A stretch of DNA of 64,000 bases from a virus. The notes under the pieces were generated by a model, which saw nothing but the letters and a program-made list of their open reading frames with translations, was not told the origin of the DNA and did no database searches. Shown one piece after another: positions 25,809 through 35,144 of the stretch. Each line of letters opens with the position of its first letter. The stretch's first letter is position 1. Where the stretch lies: IMG/VR virus record IMGVR_UViG_3300027763_000037, positions 1 through 64,000 of that record, one strand, 5' to 3'. A program made the position numbers and the translations under genes.

Positions 25809-26466
25809 AGAAGTTCCTCACTCTCTCTACTATTATACCACTAGGACGAATTACCATATTAAACATAGGTGACTGTCTCAGAATCTTTCCAAACCCATCC
25901 TTAATCATATGACTTCCAGTATTCTTAAAATGAAAGTTAACAAAAGGTGGCTCAATATATTGAGTTCTTGGATCAATTCTTTTTGACTCAAATGATACTG
26001 GATAGATATAAAATGGTGAATTTTCTGGTTGCTCTATTGAAATACTGACATTCTCATCTATTATCCAAGGTATATAAAATTTGTATGTGCCTGGAAAACA
26101 GCCCTCTGGTAAAAAATTGCTTTCTTTTGATTTATAGTACTGCCTCATCCAAGGCCTATCGACATTATAGAACTCTTCTTCTTTTTGCTGCACAAGCATC
26201 TCAGCATGGTTGCCTTGTTGCAATACAATTTTTTCATCATCAAAAGAAATAAGTTTTGGTTTTATATAAAGATTTTCAACATAACGATTGATAGGCTTTA
26301 TGACACTATGCATATATTTTCCAGATAAGACATGCTGATAGTTTAACCACTTGTCTGGAAGCCTTGATCCTTTAGATATTTCAATAAAGGATGGATCAAT
26401 TGAATCATACCAGACTTCATAGTTAAAGTCTGACTTGGCATTAATCTCTGGCAAATCTTTATTCAT
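25795..26466 (-). CDS. Hypothetical protein
   Basis: ORF track 223 aa. Confidence 0.6.
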   Translation of the reverse strand: MNKDLPEINAKSDFNYEVWYDSIDPSFIEISKGSRLPDKWLNYQHVLSGKYMHSVIKPINRYVENLYIKPKLISFDDEKIVLQQGNHAEMLVQQKEEEFYNVDRPWMRQYYKSKESNFLPEGCFPGTYKFYIPWIIDENVSISIEQPENSPFYIYPVSFESKRIDPRTQYIEPPFVNFHFKNTGSHMIKDGFGKILRQSPMFNMVIRPSGIIVERVRNFYEQD

Positions 26467-26467
26467 T

Positions 26468-26650
26468 TTATTCCTTTATTTTTAAAACATACATACACGG
26501 ATCTCCGCCATCTTCCCACTCTTGTGCTTCTTCTTCAGTCATGTATGGATCACCTGTATGCGTATTACAAAATGGCTCTGTTACCCATCCTCTTTCTATA
26601 CCATTACCTAGCCAGATGTTAAACTCTAGTTCGTCATTATCATCTATCAT
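26468..26650 (-). CDS. Small acidic hypothetical protein
   Basis: W...GI.RGW...FC.TH.G......E...W..G.DPC. Confidence 0.7.
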   Translation of the reverse strand: MIDDNDELEFNIWLGNGIERGWVTEPFCNTHTGDPYMTEEEAQEWEDGGDPCMYVLKIKE

Positions 26651-27509
26651 TATTTATCCATTCTATAAAAAAGTCAGAAAACATAATATTTGGAACAATA
26701 CCTGGATGAGAGTTATCTGTTCCAATTCCAAAGATATCTTGATGCTCAGAATACTCTGGATCATCATATATTTTTTTAATTATTTCTTCTGGCTTAACTG
26801 TTTTTATTTTTTTAAATGTTTTTAGTCCTAGACTTTCTCCAAAATTTCCTGTGTGTATATCCCAAGATGTTGAGTAAAGTTTTATTTCATGAGAATTGCA
26901 GTATGCTTCAAGAAGTGAATAGAACTGTTTAAATTTTACAAATAATCTATATGCAATCTCTTTTGAATCTACTGTTAACTTCCAGTAATCTTCGTCTCCA
27001 TATTTTGCATGATTCTTAAGTCTAAAGATATCGGTATCATAATCATAAAATGTTTCTCTTGTAAAATCTGCAAAAGAAACACATATGATGTCTGGATTTC
27101 CAAACTCAACACAATATTTTATTATGTTTGTAACAAGTATTTCAACGCTTGCACCCATAATGCCAAGACAATGGAAATCTCCTTTATTTTCAAAATCTAA
27201 AGAATTGTACACTCTCCTAGACCATCTAAACTTATCAGGAAGACCTTGTCCAAAAGTTGCCGAACATCCAGCAAAAAGAATATTTGTCTTGTTTGTATCT
27301 AAAGTATCAAAATCATCACATCTATGCCCATAGTTATTTATTTTATAATAAACTCTTTTGTCAATATTTTCTTCTGGATATGACAAAGTTTGTACCTCAC
27401 TATTTTCAAATAATGATCTATCTGCCTTGTCTATTTTATAAGACATTTCTGAATGAGCATACAGGTTTTCATTTGAAAGTATTTCTACAATCATTGGTCT
27501 TTCACTCAT
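26640..27509 (-). CDS. SGNH/GDSL-like protein (paralogue 4)
   Basis: NNYGHRCDDF, LFAGCSATFG, DNSHPG. Confidence 0.7.
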   Translation of the reverse strand: MSERPMIVEILSNENLYAHSEMSYKIDKADRSLFENSEVQTLSYPEENIDKRVYYKINNYGHRCDDFDTLDTNKTNILFAGCSATFGQGLPDKFRWSRRVYNSLDFENKGDFHCLGIMGASVEILVTNIIKYCVEFGNPDIICVSFADFTRETFYDYDTDIFRLKNHAKYGDEDYWKLTVDSKEIAYRLFVKFKQFYSLLEAYCNSHEIKLYSTSWDIHTGNFGESLGLKTFKKIKTVKPEEIIKKIYDDPEYSEHQDIFGIGTDNSHPGIVPNIMFSDFFIEWINNDR

Positions 27510-27510
27510 G

Positions 27511-28035
27511 CTACATGCTCACTATGTCAACTGGTCCCATACATGATGGGTTAAACTTGATAGCAGCATTAACTGCTTGCATTACTCTGTTCCTTGCATT
27601 TTTTTGTTTGTCTGTTGCATACAGAACGCCGTAAGCATATTCTGCTCCTGAACCCATAGCAAGGTAAGGGAGAACATACTTTGACAAAGACATGTCAGCA
27701 GAACTGTGCTCATAGATTTGTCCACGAACTGCAATAATCAAACCAAGATCTCCGTCTTTAGATGTGTCTACCCAAAACTCATTATAGAATTCACGAAGTT
27801 CTTTAACAAACCTTGTCTGCATAAACTTGTCTGTATCTTTAATATTTGGAGCAGTTGGCCTAAAGTTGTATCGGATTCTTTCTCCGTCCATTGCGCCAGC
27901 ATACCCAATAAGGTATGGACCTATCTTCCAAACCTTTGGTGCTTCAAGTGCTAAAATGGTACCATCATCTGATGCTCCACGATCTCCAGCCATATAGATC
28001 TTGTCTTCATGTTTTACAACGGCAATGCAAGTCAC
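27511..28035 (-). CDS. Ntn-hydrolase, HslV/proteasome-beta-like protease
   Basis: GTG start gives N-terminal Thr (MTCIA); AGD, K, AMGSG; SD GGAGGGG. Confidence 0.8.
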   Translation of the reverse strand: MTCIAVVKHEDKIYMAGDRGASDDGTILALEAPKVWKIGPYLIGYAGAMDGERIRYNFRPTAPNIKDTDKFMQTRFVKELREFYNEFWVDTSKDGDLGLIIAVRGQIYEHSSADMSLSKYVLPYLAMGSGAEYAYGVLYATDKQKNARNRVMQAVNAAIKFNPSCMGPVDIVSM

Positions 28036-28066
28036 AGGTAGAAGCCCCTCCAGATAGGTATAATTA

Positions 28067-28095
28067 AGTATACCATTGCCTAGAGGGGCTGTCAA
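28067..28095 (-). promoter_or_regulatory. Consensus promoter embedded in an inverted repeat
   Basis: TTGACA-17 nt-TATACT with extended TG. Confidence 0.7.
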
Positions 28096-28111
28096 CTAGG
28101 GGTAATAATGA

Positions 28112-28396
28112 CTAATTAGCCTTTTTATCTACCGTTTTAAAGGCATCATTTATCTCTGTTAATGATAGCCTTCCATCGTCCAAAAAAGCCCTTGCCAGTC
28201 TTTCAATAACTGTTGCTACTCCTAAGAGTCCTGCAAGCATGACTGCCTGAACTGTGTCAATTCCTACTACGGCTCCTGCTCCCAAGACTGATAGTCCTGA
28301 TGCTGCAAATACCGCAAGAATTCTCATCAGAATATTTGTTATTGCTTTCTGTGGGTGCTCCTGCTTTGGGGGTTCTACTATTTTTTTAGTTGCCAT
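28112..28396 (-). CDS. Small 2-TM membrane protein
   Basis: Hydrophobic segments; DDG.LS..EIN.AF. Confidence 0.7.
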   Translation of the reverse strand: MATKKIVEPPKQEHPQKAITNILMRILAVFAASGLSVLGAGAVVGIDTVQAVMLAGLLGVATVIERLARAFLDDGRLSLTEINDAFKTVDKKAN

Positions 28397-28398
28397 GG

Positions 28399-28623
28399 TT
28401 AGTCCTCCTTGTCCTTATTTCCCTTTGATCCAAAATATCCACCAAGGATACCTATAACACCACCAAGTGCTGTTTGTACAAGGGTCATAACATCTGAAGA
28501 AACCTCTACGGCCTCTCCTGTGGTTTGTGTTTCTATTCCTGCAACAACATAGTCTCCTATGATTGCTGCAAGTATTGCTGCTCCAACCATTGCTGCGAGT
28601 AAGTACATAGTTTTATCTTTCAT
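28399..28623 (-). CDS. Small 2-TM membrane protein
   Basis: Hydrophobic segments; GYFGS. Confidence 0.65.
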   Translation of the reverse strand: MKDKTMYLLAAMVGAAILAAIIGDYVVAGIETQTTGEAVEVSSDVMTLVQTALGGVIGILGGYFGSKGNKDKED

Positions 28624-28850
28624 TATTTATCCTTTCTTAGCGGGATTGTGATTAACCAGATAACTGTTGTTGCCATTACAGCAATACCAACAATGTCTCT
28701 TGCTGATCCCGTCAAAGTTAGCCATGCGATAAAGAAGCCCAGGAGGGTAAATGCTTGTGCAATTAATTCCATACCTGCGTCTTTAAACCATTTAGTTAAT
28801 CCCTTTAGCATTTTGCCTACCAGGTTTATGGCCTTATTGATTATTTTCAT
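28623..28850 (-). CDS. Small 2-TM membrane protein
   Basis: Q.FTLLG.FIAW..L.GSA. Confidence 0.65.
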   Translation of the reverse strand: MKIINKAINLVGKMLKGLTKWFKDAGMELIAQAFTLLGFFIAWLTLTGSARDIVGIAVMATTVIWLITIPLRKDK

Positions 28851-30982
28851 TTGTTCCTCCTTATCATTGCCCCTGCAATTTGTGATACGATGATTACTGG
28901 GACAATTACTTCTTGCGCTTTCTCTCTCTGATCGTCTGTCATATCCATACCTAATTCAGAGAAATTAGATAGGAGTTCTACTGGGTCCACTGCGAAGACT
29001 GCTCCAAGTGGGTCTGCTAAAAATGCTTCTGTTTGTACTTCTGTTACTGCATCTGCCAATGTAAAGGGCATTGCAGTTTCTCCTGCCTCTGCTTCTCTAT
29101 CATTAAACTCAACAAATGCTTCAGCAAGTGCTGGGTTAGACTTCATCTGCTCAGCAATCTGTGCAACTTCTGAAGGCTTAATACCAAGGTCTTGTGCAAC
29201 CTCAGCCTTTGCTTCTTGAGTCAAGGCTCTGAGTGTTTGGCTAACTGCTGTTATTTGTTCAGCAGAAAGAGTAACTAACTTATTATCCTTGCTTGTAAGG
29301 TTAGCAATAACATTAGATAGATCTTCTTCTGTTCCAGTTCCCTTTTCAGGAATCAGTGCTGCTAAAACTGCATCAGTAATTTCTACATCTGGTTCATTCC
29401 AAGGGTTCTCTTCTGGCTCTGGCTCTGGCCCAGGTTCTGGTGAAGGTTCTGGAGCAGGCTCTTCAGTTGTCTCTGGAGTTGGTTCTGGAGAAGGCTCAGG
29501 GGTTGGTGGTTCCTCTGGGGTAGGCTCAGGAGTAGGTTGGTCTGTAGGGTCCACTGTAGGCTCTGGAGAAGGCTCTGGTGTAGGAGGCTCTTCTGCTGTA
29601 GGTTCAGGGCTTGGTTCTGGTGTTGGTGGTTCCTCAGCAGTTGGTTCTGGACTTGGCTCAGGAGTAGGTGGCTCTTCAGCAGTTGGCTCTGGGCTTGGTT
29701 CTGGTGTAGGCTGATTGGCTGCAGCATTTGCTGCTGCTTGAGCAATAGCAGATTGAATTTCTCTTTGTGACTGCTCGTCATAGTAACGCCATGCGTTATC
29801 AATTGCACTATTGAGATTATTAATTGCTTGCTCGTATCCATCTTCAGCATTATTTTTATTTTGCAATGCCGTTGCAACATTTAAAACTGAGTTATTATAT
29901 TCGTTTGTTTTATTAGTTAAGGTTTGATTGTAACCATTTAATGTTGAAACTGCTTGGTTATAAACATTTAGTTTATCATTGTATACATCTTGGGCTGCGT
30001 TCTTTGCAGCGAGTGCATTGTTGTAGTCGTTGGTCTGTTCTTGTGTTGCTCCAGATCCAGAAGAAAATGTGTTTAGATTACAACTAAAGTTTTGTCCCCA
30101 CACTCTTGGGTTTCCAGCATAGTCGCAACCTGCACCAGTCCAACCTAAACTTCCAGATGAATCATATGGTATTCCCCATCCAAGATGATAAGATCCTGGT
30201 CCCCCACCGTTATACCACCAAATTTCTACATCAAATGTTTTATCTGTGGTTACATTATATATTGGAGAATATTGACTCCATGTTGTTCCCTGTTCCTTCC
30301 AGTTATTAATGGCAAGGTTTCCATCAATATACATCCTAAAACCATCATCTGTGTAACCTGCAAATTTTGTTGATGTGAACCATTCTGGAACTGTTATCTG
30401 TCCAGTAAATTTAACTATAAAGTTTTCATATCTATTACCACAAACTGGACGAGTCATGTAGTTTCCATTTAGTGTTCCACTACATAAGAATTGATCTGTG
30501 GCTGCAAGGCCATCAACCCTGATTAAACTATAAACATTGTATGATAAACCAGCACCACCAGTATTATTTAATGCTTGCTGAGCAGTTGATAAATTAATAT
30601 TTGCTACACCAAGAGCATCGTAGGCATTGTTCTTATTAGTTAGTGCAGTTGCTACTGTCACTGTTTGTCCGTCTACTGCTGATTGGGCTAAGTCTTTTTC
30701 TTCAAGTGCCGTTGCTTTTAGGTCAAGGGAGTTGTCATACAGGTCAGAGGTTTGAGACTGAGTTGATTGTGCAGATACTGCAAGGTCATACTTGTCTTCT
30801 GCCTCTTCAATTAAGGATATGAATTCATCCTTGTAGCCAAGGTCGTCAATGCTATCGTTAAGATCTTGGATTTCTTGGGCTGCAACTGTGAGGGGATCAT
30901 CAGAGTGTGCACCTTCTGGGGACATAAGAAGCCAGCCAAATGCTAATAGTGTGGCTGCTAGTATGCGTATTAGTCTTTTAAT
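28847..30982 (-). CDS. Surface-exposed PA14-domain protein with coiled coils, Pro/Glu/Thr stalk and C-terminal anchor
   Basis: PA14 F.V.FTG.I...TDDG.R..IDG; signal peptide only if translation starts at ATT 30982; C-terminal hydrophobic segment then RRNK. Confidence 0.8.
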   Translation of the reverse strand: MKRLIRILAATLLAFGWLLMSPEGAHSDDPLTVAAQEIQDLNDSIDDLGYKDEFISLIEEAEDKYDLAVSAQSTQSQTSDLYDNSLDLKATALEEKDLAQSAVDGQTVTVATALTNKNNAYDALGVANINLSTAQQALNNTGGAGLSYNVYSLIRVDGLAATDQFLCSGTLNGNYMTRPVCGNRYENFIVKFTGQITVPEWFTSTKFAGYTDDGFRMYIDGNLAINNWKEQGTTWSQYSPIYNVTTDKTFDVEIWWYNGGGPGSYHLGWGIPYDSSGSLGWTGAGCDYAGNPRVWGQNFSCNLNTFSSGSGATQEQTNDYNNALAAKNAAQDVYNDKLNVYNQAVSTLNGYNQTLTNKTNEYNNSVLNVATALQNKNNAEDGYEQAINNLNSAIDNAWRYYDEQSQREIQSAIAQAAANAAANQPTPEPSPEPTAEEPPTPEPSPEPTAEEPPTPEPSPEPTAEEPPTPEPSPEPTVDPTDQPTPEPTPEEPPTPEPSPEPTPETTEEPAPEPSPEPGPEPEPEENPWNEPDVEITDAVLAALIPEKGTGTEEDLSNVIANLTSKDNKLVTLSAEQITAVSQTLRALTQEAKAEVAQDLGIKPSEVAQIAEQMKSNPALAEAFVEFNDREAEAGETAMPFTLADAVTEVQTEAFLADPLGAVFAVDPVELLSNFSELGMDMTDDQREKAQEVIVPVIIVSQIAGAMIRRNK
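29400..29712 (-). repeat. Degenerate 42-bp coding tandem repeat (PTPEPSPEPTAEEP)
   Basis: Three identical 14-aa units plus degenerate copies, with synonymous DNA variation. Confidence 0.9.
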
Positions 30983-31040
30983 TTACCTTTCCCCCTTACA
31001 GACTGATGTCTGATAGGATGATTATACCATTTTATTGCAC

Positions 31041-31072
31041 AAAAAAGGGGCTACCGTAATTGGTAACCCCTT
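31041..31072 (-). terminator. Intrinsic terminator
   Basis: Minus strand GGGGTTACCA-loop-GGTAGCCCC followed by T6. Confidence 0.75.
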
Positions 31073-31086
31073 AAATGTTGGACTAA

Positions 31087-32280
31087 TTACTTAACGTAAG
31101 TAACCTTTGCCTTTGGATTCTTTGCATTCCACTTCTTTGCAAGTGCATTGAAAGCATCCTTAATTGACTTAAGTGCAGCAGCATTGTCTGCTGTTAACTT
31201 AGCGATAGTTGCATCCTTAGCAAGGACAACTGCATCTGAAGCAGTCTTTGCATCAGCAAGTGCCTTAGCAAGAGCAGCATCTGAAGCAGTCTTTGCATCT
31301 GCAAGTGCCTTATCTGAAGCAACCTTAGCAGCAACTGCATCTGCAGTAGCCTTTGCAAGGGCAGCATCTGAAGCAGCCTTAGCAGCAACAGCATCTGAAG
31401 CAGCCTTTACGACTGCAGCATCTGAGATTGCTTTAGCAGCAAGGGCTGCATCCTTAGCAGCAGTTTGTGCTGCAAGTTCTGATACTAGATCACGAACTGT
31501 GATTTCTGCAAACGGTGCTAGTGCACGAGCAGGAAGACCAACTACATCAGCAGTTGTTGCATCTCCAGCAGTTGTAGGTGAGAATGTGATTAGTGATCGT
31601 GTTCCAGTTGCTGGAAGTGTTGCAACAAACTTTGCAACTCCAAAATCTGAAAGTGTAGCACCAGTTGTTACTGTTGCTGTATCCATAACTGCTGTTGAAG
31701 CAAACACTGTTGCAGTGATTGACTTAGCAGATACCTTGTTGCCAAATGTATCTGTTGCAGTTACTGAGATGTCTTGCTTTGTACCAGCAGCACCAGCAGA
31801 AGGAGCAGATACTGTAAGAGTATTAATCTTACCAGCAGTTCCCTGTACGTAGTATGTAAGTGTTGTACCCTGATTTGTGATTACAACTGTACCAATTGCT
31901 GTTGTCTTTGTGTAGACATAAAATGTTGCTGTTGTTCCTGTACCAGTTGCAATTGTCAAAGATGATGATCCTGATGTTGCTCCTACTGGTGCAGCAGTTG
32001 TGTGTAGTGCAGACACGATTGTTGCATTTGTTGCTACGACTGAAACGCTTGTTCCAACATCAACTGTTGCAATAAACTTTAGTGCGTCAGCAGCATCTAC
32101 TGAGTTGTCTGCAGGGACTGGTAGTGATGCAGGCGTTGCGATTGCTGATGCTGTAGTGTTTGCTACAGTGTCAAGCGATACAGCGACTGTCATTACAGCA
32201 GCGTTTGCAGGCGTTGCTACGATTGTGCCAATCGTCATGGCTGCAACCATGGCTAGGGCGATTTTCTTAAATGAATTCAT
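31087..32280 (-). CDS. Secreted Ala/Thr-rich surface (S-layer-like) protein
   Basis: Signal peptide MNSFKKIALA...ANA; Ig-like TDTFGN; C-terminal KAASDA repeats; SD AAGGAG. Confidence 0.8.
   Translation of the reverse strand: MNSFKKIALAMVAAMTIGTIVATPANAAVMTVAVSLDTVANTTASAIATPASLPVPADNSVDAADALKFIATVDVGTSVSVVATNATIVSALHTTAAPVGATSGSSSLTIATGTGTTATFYVYTKTTAIGTVVITNQGTTLTYYVQGTAGKINTLTVSAPSAGAAGTKQDISVTATDTFGNKVSAKSITATVFASTAVMDTATVTTGATLSDFGVAKFVATLPATGTRSLITFSPTTAGDATTADVVGLPARALAPFAEITVRDLVSELAAQTAAKDAALAAKAISDAAVVKAASDAVAAKAASDAALAKATADAVAAKVASDKALADAKTASDAALAKALADAKTASDAVVLAKDATIAKLTADNAAALKSIKDAFNALAKKWNAKNPKAKVTYVK
31215..31465 (-). repeat. Coding repeats K(A/T/V)ASD(A/K)xxA
   Basis: Recurring gcatctgaagcag units on the plus strand. 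Confidence 0.75.
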
Positions 32281-32297
32281 TCGGTATTTCTCCTTGT

Positions 32298-34082
32298 TTA
32301 TAGTGTTTTTAGTCTGTCCAAATAGTCTTTTATATCTTCTATTTGGCTAGGCTTATATTGTATCACGTTCTCAGGTAGAGTGTCAAACTGATTAGGTCTA
32401 TCCCTAAATGTATGAATATCTATCTCTGCATTATTATCTTTTGGGGTATGTGATATTGCCCCAAATATTGCTCCACACACAGCATCAGCCAAGTCCTTTG
32501 ACTTTTTGCGTGGGTGGTCAACTCTATCATTTTTCATGATTTTTAACTGTGTCAATTCATCGAACAAAAGTTCAATTGCTGGCATGACTAATCTTTCCTC
32601 ATACACAAGCATTGCCATATCCTCATAATGTTTTTTAGCAACAGAAACAGTATCAGTTCTCATTCCTACTTGCTTTAACTCATTTTGAATATCAAAAGAT
32701 TGCCAACGGTCAAATGAAACCATTCCAATATCAAACCCAAGCCTTCTGAGGTTTTGTATCCACTGCTTTACCTCTGAGAGATTTACTGGGCCTTCCACCT
32801 TTGGCTCCCACCAAACAACGGCATCTACTATGACAATTGGAGCAACCTGTTCGTAATTATTGATAACTTGTATGTTTACCCATTTTTCTACATGAGCAAT
32901 AGCAACAGCACATTTATCGTGTTTCTGTGCAAGGTCAGCATGTACATAATATTTCTTAGTTGGATCTGGCTTAAATGATTCATCAAACCTTTTGAATGTA
33001 TCTATTGGGTTTCTTGATGTCATGCAGGCTCTAACTTTTTCATGCTGTTTAAAGAATGCATCGGATGCAAATGTTGGAACACATGCAAAACGCATCATCG
33101 CATCTCCAAGGTCGGTATAAAAAGCAATCTTAAAATCATCAATTTGTCTTGTTGGGTTTACTTCCCATGTAGGTCTTTTTAGTGCAAACACTCCTGGGTA
33201 TTTGTATGAGATGATATGATCTTCATCCCAGGAAATTTCCAAAGAATTGTTTGGGTCATCATCTGGAAGATCTGGATTAAGAACAAACTTGTGAGTTCTT
33301 TCAATTAATTCTTTTTCAAGAATTACGTCATCATACTTTTCTGAAATAAAGTCACCTGGATATCTTGGAAATGAAAGCAAAACAACCTTACCAAGATCAG
33401 GGAAACGAGAGTCTACTGATCCACGGAAAGCCTTATAAATATTCTCAGCAGTCTTTCCTTGTTCATTACCTGTTCCCACTTCAGATGCAAAACCAGAAAT
33501 CTCGTCAAGCACTGCAAGTAAAAGGTTTAAACCTTCATGAGATTCTCTTTCTGAGTGACCAGAATAAACAGTAATAGATTTATTAAACTCAACTGAGTCT
33601 GCTTTAGCATAATACTTTCCAGCAAACCAAGGGGACTTCTCAATCTTACTTTTAAAACCTTTAAAGAAAACATTCTTTGCTTGCTGTGCGTTAATAGCCA
33701 CATTGATAAGGTCAATAGCATCGCCAGATGGCTTACCAAAGTACTTTGCTGGGTCTTTAAGGCATAGAAGTTTGTATACGATATATGAGCATGCTACGGT
33801 TGATGTAAAGTCTTTTCCAGATCCCTTGCCGAGTTGCAGGATGATTTCATTTTTTGTGTACTTATCAAAGTATCTTGCTCCTTCTTCTTCGCCCATAATC
33901 TCCATAAGATCTTCTTTACGATATATCTGGCTCATGGCCTCGACAATGTCGTATTGAATATCAGAAAGTCCAGGTTGTCCAAGATACGCCTCGCCCTCAA
34001 CAAATGTCTTAGCATCTACTGGCATCTCTTCAAAATGATTATCCTTTAGTACCTCAAGAAACTCATTGAACATCGTGGACAA
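32298..34082 (-). CDS. terL: Terminase large subunit
   Basis: Walker A GKGSGKD, Walker B AVLDE, nuclease HADLA..D, FDRWQS, DHP...SKDLADA. Confidence 0.92.
   Translation of the reverse strand: MSTMFNEFLEVLKDNHFEEMPVDAKTFVEGEAYLGQPGLSDIQYDIVEAMSQIYRKEDLMEIMGEEEGARYFDKYTKNEIILQLGKGSGKDFTSTVACSYIVYKLLCLKDPAKYFGKPSGDAIDLINVAINAQQAKNVFFKGFKSKIEKSPWFAGKYYAKADSVEFNKSITVYSGHSERESHEGLNLLLAVLDEISGFASEVGTGNEQGKTAENIYKAFRGSVDSRFPDLGKVVLLSFPRYPGDFISEKYDDVILEKELIERTHKFVLNPDLPDDDPNNSLEISWDEDHIISYKYPGVFALKRPTWEVNPTRQIDDFKIAFYTDLGDAMMRFACVPTFASDAFFKQHEKVRACMTSRNPIDTFKRFDESFKPDPTKKYYVHADLAQKHDKCAVAIAHVEKWVNIQVINNYEQVAPIVIVDAVVWWEPKVEGPVNLSEVKQWIQNLRRLGFDIGMVSFDRWQSFDIQNELKQVGMRTDTVSVAKKHYEDMAMLVYEERLVMPAIELLFDELTQLKIMKNDRVDHPRKKSKDLADAVCGAIFGAISHTPKDNNAEIDIHTFRDRPNQFDTLPENVIQYKPSQIEDIKDYLDRLKTL
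32357..32386 (-). promoter_or_regulatory. Promoter inside the terminase 3' end, driving the Ala-rich surface protein
   Basis: TTGACA-18 nt-TACAAT with extended TG. Confidence 0.6.
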
Positions 34083-34599
34083 CTGTAATCACCTCATTGT
34101 CTTTTGCAAATGAAGATAGTCTACGCATAATCTCATCACGAACCTGTGGATACTCAGAAGCAATATCTTTTAATATTGAAACAAGAACTTCTTGACGGCG
34201 CTCAATCTCCATCATTTCTTCTGCTAACTCTTTATTCTCAAGAAGACCAGCCTTTTGTAGCATGTCTATACGCTTAGACTCAATGTCCATAACAAGTTTA
34301 ATTGCTGCGGTCTTTGCACTAAGATTATTAGTCATTGATGCCTCATCAATAACCTCATATGTACGAGATACTAACTTACTATAGTGAGTATCTGCTGCTG
34401 CCAAGGCTTCTTTAGCACGAGCACGGATAGCATCATTTGCAGATGCCATAACTTTCCACTCATTAATAAGTGTAACAACTTTTGTTCTTGGTATGTCCAA
34501 CTGCTTTGAAATTACTGTAGGATCATTTCCTTTTAGGTATTCTTCTACAACAAGATTGACTTGATCAAGGTGCTTAACTAGGTCATCTTCAGTTGACAT
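34063..34599 (-). CDS. Probable terminase small subunit (HTH plus coiled coil)
   Basis: HTH-like N-terminus; immediately upstream of terL. Confidence 0.65.
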   Translation of the reverse strand: MSTEDDLVKHLDQVNLVVEEYLKGNDPTVISKQLDIPRTKVVTLINEWKVMASANDAIRARAKEALAAADTHYSKLVSRTYEVIDEASMTNNLSAKTAAIKLVMDIESKRIDMLQKAGLLENKELAEEMMEIERRQEVLVSILKDIASEYPQVRDEIMRRLSSFAKDNEVITVVHDVQ

Positions 34600-34861
34600 T
34601 ATTTAACTCCCGTGCAATTTTTAGCAAGATTAAATAGCCAATCAGGTCATCAATATCGTTGTCACCAATAAAGGATCCACCTCTTGAAATCCTAGAAAGT
34701 TTATCATCAATGCGAACATGTAGTTGTTCAACATTGTCAGAGGTAGCAAAAATTCTAACGGGGTTAAGCGCTGAATCTCCATAAGACTTGTTTTTTGCAA
34801 TAAGCATTGACTTTATCTCATCACAGACCTGGCCAATAGTAAACTGTGTTTCTTCACTCAT
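34589..34861 (-). CDS. Nucleotide-modification-associated (DUF1599/Nmad1-like) protein
   Basis: KN.SYG.S, RI.DKL.R, D..DL.GY.IL. Confidence 0.7.
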   Translation of the reverse strand: MSEETQFTIGQVCDEIKSMLIAKNKSYGDSALNPVRIFATSDNVEQLHVRIDDKLSRISRGGSFIGDNDIDDLIGYLILLKIARELNNVN

Positions 34862-34984
34862 AGTTTTCCTCTTCATCAAGTTCCCAATCAAACGTTTCTG
34901 GAATTCCTTTTAGTAAAGCAAATGCAAAACTAAAACCAACTGCACCTGCTACAGCAAGTGCAATAAGAGTCTTTTCAATTCTTT

Positions 34985-35140
34985 TCATCGCTTTGACTTC
35001 CTTAATCCAAATTTAGCAAGGTATACATAAATAGTTTCCACGCTTACTCCACACTCCTTAGCGATATCTTCTGGAGTTTTCTTATCCATATGATATCTTT
35101 TCTTAAGCCATAGTTCACTTGTATATAGTTTAGCAGTCAT
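34985..35140 (-). CDS. Small HTH DNA-binding protein (51 aa)
   Basis: WL.KRY..DKKT.EDIAKECGVS.ETI...L..FGL; absent from ORF track. Confidence 0.7.
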   Translation of the reverse strand: MTAKLYTSELWLKKRYHMDKKTPEDIAKECGVSVETIYVYLAKFGLRKSKR

Positions 35141-35144
35141 AAGG

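Noticed and set aside
29400-29712. 42-bp periodic repeat as a CRISPR or DGR repeat
   Set aside because: It is an in-frame coding repeat with synonymous variation, no unique spacers and no reverse transcriptase in the window
31148-31852. 234-aa plus-strand ORF, and similar antisense ORFs at 29289..29714, 60870..61478 and within dnaE/TMP
   Set aside because: These are shadows of Ala- or Pro-rich minus-strand genes, with no expression signals
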